From Anaeromyxobacter sp. (GTDB lineage: Bacteria > Myxococcota > Myxococcia > Myxococcales > Anaeromyxobacteraceae), in NCBI GenBank assembly GCA_049840735.1, contig JASGJN010000003.1:1-44240 (forward strand): 44,240 nucleotides of DNA, read 5' to 3'. The notes below the pieces were generated by a model. It ran no database searches, was not told the origin of the DNA, and worked only from the letters and a program-made list of their open reading frames with translations. This document shows positions 14,331 to 20,961 of the stretch, one piece after another (positions within the stretch are counted from its first letter, which is position 1; every line of letters begins with the position of its first letter). A program made the translations under genes and the position numbers.

Positions 14331-15343
14331 CTCGCCTCCTCGTCCCGGAGGTCCAGCGGCGCCCCGCAGGGCGAGCCGGCCTCCCGGAGCAGCGCGGCCA
14401 CGTCGGCCGCCGCGATCGCGAACCCCATCCCCTCGGCCACGCCCCGCCCCGCCGTCCAGGTGTTGAGCCCCACCAGCCGGCCCTGGACGTCGTAGAGGCC
14501 GCCGCCGCTGTTGCCCGGGTTGATGGAGGCCTGGACCTGCAGGATGCGCGCCCCCCGCCCCTGGCGGACCGCCGAGAGCACACCCGTGGTGAACGAGGCC
14601 TCGTAGCCCAGCGGGTTGCCCACCGCGAAGACCCCCTCGCCCACGTGCGGCAGGCCCGCAGCCCGCACGGGCACCGGCTCCGGGGCGCCCCTCGCCTCCA
14701 CCCGCACCACCGCCACGTCCAGCCCCTCCGGCCCCATCCAGCAGACCTTGGCCGGCCGCTGCTCCACGTCCTGCAGCGTGGCCGCGGTCAGCGCGCGGCC
14801 ATCGCCGCAGCTGACCACGTGCCGGTTGGTGAGCGCGACGTAGGCGCCCGCCTCGCGCCGGACCACCACCGCCGAGCCCAGCCCCGCCTCGTCGCTCCCC
14901 TGGCACCTCAGCACCACGTTGGCCCGCAGGGCGCGCCGCACGTGCGGCTCGGCGTCCTCCACGCCGCCCACCGCGCGCGAGGACCAGATCCCCGCCGCCG
15001 CCGGGCCCGGGCTGTCCTCGCCGGCGGAAGGGCGGCCCAGCACGTAGGCCACGCCCCCCACCCAGCCCACCAGCGCGATGCTGCCCAGCACCACCCCCGC
15101 CACCGCCAGCCCCGTGCCCTTCAGGTCGGCGCGCACCTGCAGCGCCCGGAGCGCCAGGATCCCGCAGCCGATGGCCACCGGCCCGAGCACGAAGCCCACC
15201 AGCGGCAGCGCCAGCGCCCCCAGCACCAGGGCGGCCACCGCCAGGTGGCTGGTGCGCGGCGGGCGCTCCGGCGCGGCGCCCGGCACCACGGCGCTGGCCA
15301 CCTCCTCGGGCGTGATGCGCAGCGGCGGGTCGAAGGGCGCCAT
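14327..15343 (-). CDS. DUF4190-anchored trypsin-like (HtrA-type, PDZ-less) serine protease
   Basis: N-terminal TM module (LAVAALVLG..GPVAIGCG..KGTGLAVAGVVLG); triad LTNRHVV / LDVAVV / INPGNSGG; VGNPLG. Confidence 0.88.
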   Translation of the reverse strand: MAPFDPPLRITPEEVASAVVPGAAPERPPRTSHLAVAALVLGALALPLVGFVLGPVAIGCGILALRALQVRADLKGTGLAVAGVVLGSIALVGWVGGVAYVLGRPSAGEDSPGPAAAGIWSSRAVGGVEDAEPHVRRALRANVVLRCQGSDEAGLGSAVVVRREAGAYVALTNRHVVSCGDGRALTAATLQDVEQRPAKVCWMGPEGLDVAVVRVEARGAPEPVPVRAAGLPHVGEGVFAVGNPLGYEASFTTGVLSAVRQGRGARILQVQASINPGNSGGGLYDVQGRLVGLNTWTAGRGVAEGMGFAIAAADVAALLREAGSPCGAPLDLRDEEAR

Positions 15344-15353
15344 GCGCGATCCC

Positions 15354-15927
15354 CTACCCCACCGCCGAGACGATCAGCGCCGCGAGCGTGGTGGCGCTGC
15401 CCGCCACCAGCCCCAGGACCGCCAGCACGCGCCAGGTGGCCTGCCACCGGCGGACCGCCTTCCAACGCACCGCCAGCCAGAATCCCGCCCACCACCAGCG
15501 CCAGCGGGGCCGTGACCGGGAAGACCCCGGCCGCGAAGAGCGCCAGCGCCGCCGCGCGCCCCTCCGGCGCGGCCGGCCGCCCCACCACCGGGGCCGCGTC
15601 CGGCGCCGCCGAGGTGAAGGTGAGGCCGCAGTGGCGGCAGCGGATGGCCGCCACCTTGATGCGCTGGCGGCACATCGGGCAGGTCTTCTCCTCCTGCCCC
15701 CAGTAGCTGGCCGCCGTGGCCGGCTGCTCCTTCAGCGTCTCCGGCGTGAGGGCGCAGCCGTAGGCCGCGCAGCCGCCGTTCTCCGACCAGCACTCGCCGT
15801 GATAGGGCGCCTGGCACTCCGGGCAGCGGCCCACCTCGTCGAGCTGCGCGATGGCCGTCTGGCAGATGGCGCAGGTGGCCCCCACGTCCGGTCCCTGGGC
15901 CGCGCCGACCTCGAGCGGGGACGCCAT
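15354..15927 (-). CDS. Prokaryotic RING (Prok-RING_1-like) + zinc ribbon + TM protein, putative E3; +1 frameshift at ~15481
   Basis: CAIC-x12-CPEC-x3-YHGECW-x3-GGCAAYGC, then CPMC-x10-CRHC. Removing one base gives a TM tail (..GGIWLAVRW..VLAVLGLVAG..SAVG*), 190 aa. TGATG overlap with the upstream gene. Confidence 0.82.
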
Positions 15928-17263
15928 CACGCCTCCTTCACGGTGAAGGAGAGGATGGTCTTGCCGATCCGGATCTCGGTCACCGGCCTCCAGCCGCTTG
16001 CGGCGCACCGCCCGGCCGTTCACCACCGTGCGGCCAGCGCCGCCCTTGTCCTCCAGCTCGTACCCCTCGCCCACCACGTGGATGAGCGCGTGGACCGGCT
16101 CCACCTCGGCGTCCTTGAAGAGGTAGATGTCGGCCTTGGGGCTGCTGCCGATGGTGGTGGGGTTCTTGAAGAGCACGAACTCCTTCCCCGCCAGCGGCCC
16201 GGCCTGCATCTTGAGCCAGGCGTCGCGGGCCAGCAGCTCGACCACGCCGATCATCAGGCCCGTGGTGAGGCCGATGACGGTGAAGCCCACCGCGCGGCTC
16301 AGGTCGCCGCCGTGCAGGCCGTTCGCGTTCACCAGCCGGTCGATCGGGGTCGAACAGCAGGCCGCCCAGCAGCGCGCCCACCACCCCGCCCAGCAGCCCG
16401 TTCAGCACCATGCGGCGGGAGCGCAGCGCCAGCCCCTGCCCGACGCCCATGCCGCAGCCGACCGCCGCCCAGGCGGTGGCGCGCGCCGTCATCTGGGCCA
16501 GGAAGCCGGCCACCGTGAGCCCCTCGTCGCCGCGGAAGCCCTCCACCACCTTCTGGCCGAGCCCGTAGAGCAGCTCGGCCAGCATGTCGCCCACCAGCCC
16601 CAGCCCCAGGCCCGCCGCCAGCCCCACCACCGCGCAGAGCGCGGCGCGCCGCCAGGCGCGGGAGATGAGGCCGTCCGCCAGCGCCACGAACAGGCCGATC
16701 AGCGCGGCGACCACCGGGAAGACCAGCGCCGACAGGAGCCGGTCGCGGAGGAGCAGCGCGCGCAGCGAGAGCTGCCCCTCCGGCGCCGGGGAGGCGAGCA
16801 CGTCCACCTCGTAGGCCACCAGGCGCCCCACCCCTTCCTCGTCCTCCGATCCCTGCGCGCGGACGCGGACGTGCGCGGCGACCTGCAGGTCGGTCAGCGC
16901 GATGGGCGCGCCCTCCTGCCGGAGCTGCGTCCGCCCGGGGACGACCAGGACCTCGATCCCGCTCACGTCCAGGGCGACCCGCTCCCCGTCGCCCACGTCG
17001 GAGACCGACTCCACCTTCCCGTCCACCACCAGGCCATCGTCGAAGAACGGCTCGATGATGGCCCAGCCCGCCGCCCCGCCCAGCGCGCCGGCGATCATGA
17101 GCGCGAACCAGGGGCGGTACCAGAGCGGCGTCTTCGCGTCCGGCGCCTTCGGCGGCGGCGCCGCCATGCCGAAGGAGAGCTGGCGCGCCAGCGCGTCGTC
17201 GACCTCGGGCCGGTACAGCTCGGCCTCGTCGATGGAGAGCTTCCCGGTGGCCTGCGGGTCCAT
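15927..17263 (-). CDS. Multi-pass membrane protein with C-terminal FHA-fold domain; +1 frameshifts at ~16346 and ~15976
   Basis: Gly-rich TM repeats (GALGGAAGW, GGVVGALLGG), a small soluble beta-rich insert, then GPLAGKEF..TTIGS..DIYL..VEPVHALI..VNG..LEAGD-I-IGKT. GAGGTGG RBS before ATG 17263. Confidence 0.78.
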
Positions 17264-17270
17264 GTCCACC

Positions 17271-18464
17271 TCACCTGTTCCGGAGCACCAGCCACCACGC
17301 GGCGCCGCCCAGCGCGGCCGCCCCGGCCAGCCCCAGGCCGGCGAACATCAGCAGCCGCAGGACCGCCTTCCGCTCCTGCGCCTCCTCCTGCGCGCGCTTC
17401 TCCCGCTCGGCCGTCGCCTGCTCGGAGGGCTTCAAGGCGGTGGAGAGGTCCTGGAGCAGCGTCAGCCCGTTCTGCGGCAGGACCAGCACCGGGCGCAGCG
17501 TGCCCTGCGCGTCCCGCGCCACCCCGCCGCCCTGCGGGTCCAGCACCTCGAGCGGCACGCCCACCATGCTCCCCGTGCCCGGGTCCGCCGCCACCACCAC
17601 CACCGGCCCGGCGGGGCGCTCGGCGCCGCCGCCCAGGCCGATCCCGCGGCCCCCGCCCATCACCAGCAGCAGCACCGCCCCGACCGCCACCACCCAGGGC
17701 AGCAGCGCGCCCAGCGCGCCGCGGCCGCCGCCGTCCTCCGCGACCCTCGCCAGCGCCAGCGCGGCGCGCTCCAGCGCGGCCGCCCCCGCCCCGTCGCCGC
17801 CGGCCGCGACCGGCGCAGCCTTCGGCTTCGGCGGCTCGGCGTCGGGCTGGCGCGTGGCCGGCCGGCGCTCGCGCCCGGCCAGCCAGTAGCGGCGCACCGG
17901 CTCCAGCTTCCCGCCCTCGCCGCGGTGGAAGAAGGCCTCGCTCCCGGCCAGCGGGTCGTAGACGTAGGCCAGGTGGTGCGGCCCGGAGAAGAAGTTGTCG
18001 TGGACGAAGGTGTCCATCTCGGAGAGGAAGACGCCGAAGCCGCCGTGGGTGTGGTACCAGCCCACGATCTCGGCCTCCGGGAAGCGGCGGTCCAGCTCCT
18101 GGTGGATGTGGTTCCAGGTCTCGTGGGTGAAGGTGACGGCCGTGCCCTCCTGGCGCGCCTCCTTCCCGGCGATGGCCGCGGTCACGTGCACGAACGGTCC
18201 GTGCTCGTCCTCGCCCACCCGCCCCACCAGCACGCCGCAGACCTCGACGTCCGGCTCGACGATGGCGTGGCCGATGACCTCGGCGTAGGGGACCTTGTCC
18301 ACCGCCACCCGCAGCTCGCCCGGCTCGGGCGCGCGGCTGCCGCCCGGGAACGGCGGCCCGCCCTTGCGGGCCTTCGCCTGCTGCGGCGCCTCGGCCTCCG
18401 CCGCGTCCTTCACCGGCGCCGCCTGCGGCGCCCTGGCCTGCTCCGCCTTCGCCTTCTTGCTCAC
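17271..18464 (-). CDS. JAB/MPN+ (JAMM) metallopeptidase with two C-terminal TM segments, putative DUB
   Basis: EVCGVLVG (catalytic Glu) and VGWYHTHGGFGVFLSEMD (H-x-H-x7-S-x2-D). The GTG start overlaps the E1 stop; GGGGAGGGG RBS. Confidence 0.9.
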   Translation of the reverse strand: MSKKAKAEQARAPQAAPVKDAAEAEAPQQAKARKGGPPFPGGSRAPEPGELRVAVDKVPYAEVIGHAIVEPDVEVCGVLVGRVGEDEHGPFVHVTAAIAGKEARQEGTAVTFTHETWNHIHQELDRRFPEAEIVGWYHTHGGFGVFLSEMDTFVHDNFFSGPHHLAYVYDPLAGSEAFFHRGEGGKLEPVRRYWLAGRERRPATRQPDAEPPKPKAAPVAAGGDGAGAAALERAALALARVAEDGGGRGALGALLPWVVAVGAVLLLVMGGGRGIGLGGGAERPAGPVVVVAADPGTGSMVGVPLEVLDPQGGGVARDAQGTLRPVLVLPQNGLTLLQDLSTALKPSEQATAEREKRAQEEAQERKAVLRLLMFAGLGLAGAAALGGAAWWLVLRNR

Positions 18465-19642
18465 GTTCCCCTCCCCGTGTCGCCGGCCTCGGCGCACCCC
18501 AGCACCGCCGGCCGGTCACCGCCCAGCTCGAACCCGATGGACCGCTCCCCGGCCCGCCCGCAGACCACGTCCCAGGGCGGCACGCCCAGCTCGGCCAGCG
18601 AGCGGTCCAGGAAGTCCTCGCTGCCGTCCAGCCCGTGGTAGAGCCGCGGCGCGCGCCGCGCCCCGCACCCCGGGCAGACCGCGTGGTCCTCGCCCACCGA
18701 CGCCAGCGGCCGCAGCAGCCGCTCCGAGGCGCCGCAGCCCGGGCAGTCGAAGCCGCCCAGCAGCTCGCGCGCGAACTCCAGCACCGCCCTGGGCCCCAGC
18801 GCCTCGCGGGCCCAGCCCAGCGCCTCGCCGGCGCGGACCCCGGCCGCCCCGCGGTCCACCACCTCGATCCGCTCCAGCGGGTCGTGGCTCAGGCAGTCCG
18901 GGTTGCGCACGTACTCGGTCAGGTAGGACTGATGGTGGAGCCCCTCGAACACGTAGCCCTGGCCGCTCAGCGTGGGCTGGCCGTGCAGCAGCTTCACCGC
19001 CTCCTGGGCCTGCACGCCGGCCACGATGGAGGCCACCGTGGGCGTGGTCGGCACCTGGCCGAAGGCCTGCAGGTCGCGGTTGAGCAGGCTGCAGGAGTGG
19101 CGCTGCGCCAGCGCTTGCCAGTCCGCTTCACCCAGCGTGCATTCGTAGCAGGCCCCCTCCGGCGGCATGAAGACGCGCGCCACGCCGGAGAGCACGTCGA
19201 TGCCGCCGTCCACGAAGGGCCGGCCCACCCGGTAGCAGGCCCGGTTGACCGCCAGGCGGGCCTCGCGGTTGTCGAGCGCCCCCAGCACCACGTCGGCCCA
19301 GCGGAACAGCCCCAGCCCCACGCCGTGCACCACGTCGCCGCGGATGGGCTGGGCGCGCAGGCCCGGGTAGAGGTCGCGGGCCGCCCGCGCCGCCACCGCC
19401 GCCTTGTCCTGGCCGGCGTCGGCGCTGCGGAACAGCACCGAGCGGGAGAGGTTGGAGTGCTCGATGGCGTCGAAGTCGATCACCACCACCGACCCGACGC
19501 CGAGCAGCGCCAGGTTCTTGAGCAGCTCGTTCCCCAGCGCGCCGGCCCCCACCACCACGGCGCGGGCGCGGGCCAGCCGGGCCTGGTCCCACCAGGAGAT
19601 GAGGCCGAACCGGGCGAAGCGCTCGTCGGCCGCGCCGCTCAC
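18461..19642 (-). CDS. ThiF/E1-like ubiquitin-activating enzyme with C-terminal Zn-ribbon extension
   Basis: VGAGALG, DFDAIEHSNLSR, LDNREAR, CYEC, RHSC (candidate catalytic Cys), NPDCLSH and two CPGCG motifs. Confidence 0.92.
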   Translation of the reverse strand: MSGAADERFARFGLISWWDQARLARARAVVVGAGALGNELLKNLALLGVGSVVVIDFDAIEHSNLSRSVLFRSADAGQDKAAVAARAARDLYPGLRAQPIRGDVVHGVGLGLFRWADVVLGALDNREARLAVNRACYRVGRPFVDGGIDVLSGVARVFMPPEGACYECTLGEADWQALAQRHSCSLLNRDLQAFGQVPTTPTVASIVAGVQAQEAVKLLHGQPTLSGQGYVFEGLHHQSYLTEYVRNPDCLSHDPLERIEVVDRGAAGVRAGEALGWAREALGPRAVLEFARELLGGFDCPGCGASERLLRPLASVGEDHAVCPGCGARRAPRLYHGLDGSEDFLDRSLAELGVPPWDVVCGRAGERSIGFELGGDRPAVLGCAEAGDTGRGT

Positions 19643-19917
19643 CGGCGCGCCCCGGCGGTGATCTCCGGCTGCAGCCGCAGCACGTCGCCGGGCTGGACGC
19701 CGGCCTCCTTCAGCGACTGGTGATCGAGCAGCTGGCGGCCGCTCGCCTTGTGGTGGAACTTGTAGCTCATGAGCTGGCCGTCGGGGCTCTGCCGCGGCAG
19801 CTTCATCTTCTCCACCAGCACCACCAGCACCCGGTTGACTGGGGCCTCGTCCGGGACCTCCACGTCCTGCCGCTTGCTGCCGGTGGCGTCCCAGACCTGC
19901 ACGGTGATCGTTCCCAT
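19639..19917 (-). CDS. Ubiquitin-like beta-grasp protein (YukD/EsaB-like), 92 aa, C-terminus EITAG-ARR
   Basis: ITVQV..KRQDVEV..helix..GRQL..SLKEAGVQPGDVLRL matches the ubiquitin-fold pattern (ubiquitin GKQL..TLSDYNIQKESTLHL). GAGGGGG RBS; the stop overlaps the E1 GTG. Confidence 0.85.
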   Translation of the reverse strand: MGTITVQVWDATGSKRQDVEVPDEAPVNRVLVVLVEKMKLPRQSPDGQLMSYKFHHKASGRQLLDHQSLKEAGVQPGDVLRLQPEITAGARR

Positions 19918-19928
19918 CGTGTTCCCCC

Positions 19929-20363
19929 TCAGCCGACCGCGTTGATCAGGACCCGGATCACCAGCACCGCCGACAGGATGCCGTTCACCACCAGCGCGAT
20001 GGTGGGCAGCAGCGCCCCGGTGCCCCGGGCCCGGTCCCGGTCGATGATCGAGGTCGCGAGGCCGCCCAGGGCCAGCCCGATGAGCAGGAACCCCAGCACC
20101 ATCAGGCCGAACTTGCCCTCGCCCTGGACCATCGTGCCGCCGAAGACCATGACCAGGGTCCAGAGGACCGCGAGGCCCAGGCCGACCAGGCCCCGCGGCA
20201 GCGCGCCGTCGCTGGGCCTCGGCCCGCCGTCGGCCACGCAGCCCGGGCAGAGCAGCAGCGCCCCGACGGCGAAGGTGCAGAGCTCGCAGCAGAGCCGGCC
20301 GCAGTGACCGCACCGCGAGTGGACCAGGTTCTGCGCGTGGAAGGAGCAGCTGGGCGTGGTCAT
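19929..20363 (-). CDS. B-box-like zinc finger membrane protein
   Basis: CSFH-x8-CGHC-x3-CCELC-x9-CPGC followed by ~3 TM segments. Confidence 0.75.
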   Translation of the reverse strand: MTTPSCSFHAQNLVHSRCGHCGRLCCELCTFAVGALLLCPGCVADGGPRPSDGALPRGLVGLGLAVLWTLVMVFGGTMVQGEGKFGLMVLGFLLIGLALGGLATSIIDRDRARGTGALLPTIALVVNGILSAVLVIRVLINAVG

Positions 20364-20384
20364 GTGCGCGCTCGCGGCAGGAGA

Positions 20385-20780
20385 TCAGCGGTTGAACGTG
20401 GAGAACAGGCTCAGGGCGCCGATCAGCAGGCCGAAGATGGAGACCGTCAGCGCGGCGTCGGCGTAGCCCTTGCCGCCCAGCGCCGGGTCCGCCTGGATGC
20501 GCCGCCGCGCCTCGAGCGCCTTGGCGATGGCGATGGGCTCCAGGATCAGGGTCAGCCAGCAGCCGAAGCCGAAGAGCCCGCCCAGCGCGAACCAGAGGGC
20601 CTGCTTGGCCTCGGGCAGGTCGACGGTGGGCACCACGCGGATGTTGGCGATCGCCAGCTGCTTGCACGAGGCGCAGTAGCCGGTGCCGCCCACGACCACC
20701 AGGCAGCTGTCGCAGAAGCCCTCGGCGCATCCGGCGCAGGCGCCGGCCGAGGCCGTCCCCGCATGCTTGTGGCAGTCCAT
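20385..20780 (-). CDS. B-box-like zinc finger + DUF4190-like membrane protein
   Basis: CHKH-x8-CAGC-x4-CDSC-x9-CASC, then a TM module with PIAIAKA..RRI..GKGYA. GGGGGAG RBS. Confidence 0.78.
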   Translation of the reverse strand: MDCHKHAGTASAGACAGCAEGFCDSCLVVVGGTGYCASCKQLAIANIRVVPTVDLPEAKQALWFALGGLFGFGCWLTLILEPIAIAKALEARRRIQADPALGGKGYADAALTVSIFGLLIGALSLFSTFNR

Positions 20781-20787
20781 CGATCTC

Positions 20788-20859
20788 CCCCGCGGTCGTG
20801 GCTTGCCGAGCGAGTAAGCCCGAATGGGGCAACACGAAGCAAGCCTCACGACCACGGGG
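20788..20859 (-). promoter_or_regulatory. Long 5'-leader hairpin pairing with the RBS of the first operon gene
   Basis: On the mRNA, CCCCGUGGUCGUG(AG)GCUUGC pairs with GCAAGC-CACGACCGCGGGG, which includes the SD G-run. Confidence 0.55.
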
Positions 20860-20893
20860 CGCGTGCGACACGACGACTCACGGGAGAACCCGC

Positions 20894-20913
20894 GGTCAAG
20901 TGATCGCGATCAC
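20894..20913 (-). promoter_or_regulatory. Palindromic operator-like site abutting a TTGACC -35-like hexamer
   Basis: Perfect 14-bp palindrome GTGATCGCGATCAC (20900-20913; GTGA-N6-TCAC). No clear -10. Confidence 0.35.
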
Positions 20914-20961
20914 GCAGCGTGACAGGCGCCGGACACCTACACCGTGCCGACCCGCGGTGGG

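Noticed and set aside
15354..17263. Pseudogenisation or programmed frameshifting of the RING and FHA genes
   Set aside because: The shifts lie at GATC like those in unrelated housekeeping genes, with no slippery heptamers and no in-frame stops after correction. Sequencing artefact is more likely, pending polishing.
18461..19917. ThiF/MoeB + ThiS/MoaD sulfur-carrier (cofactor biosynthesis) interpretation
   Set aside because: No thi/moa/cys genes or rhodanese domain nearby, the neighbours are E2, RING and JAB, and the Ubl lacks a terminal GG.
19639..19917. Type VII secretion EsaB/YukD component
   Set aside because: No FtsK/EssC ATPase or WXG100 genes, and the gene is translationally coupled to an E1.
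19639..20871. 410-aa ORF with a C-terminal Ubl
   Set aside because: The N-terminal part is an off-frame read-through of two real B-box genes. The Ubl has its own RBS and ATG at 19917.
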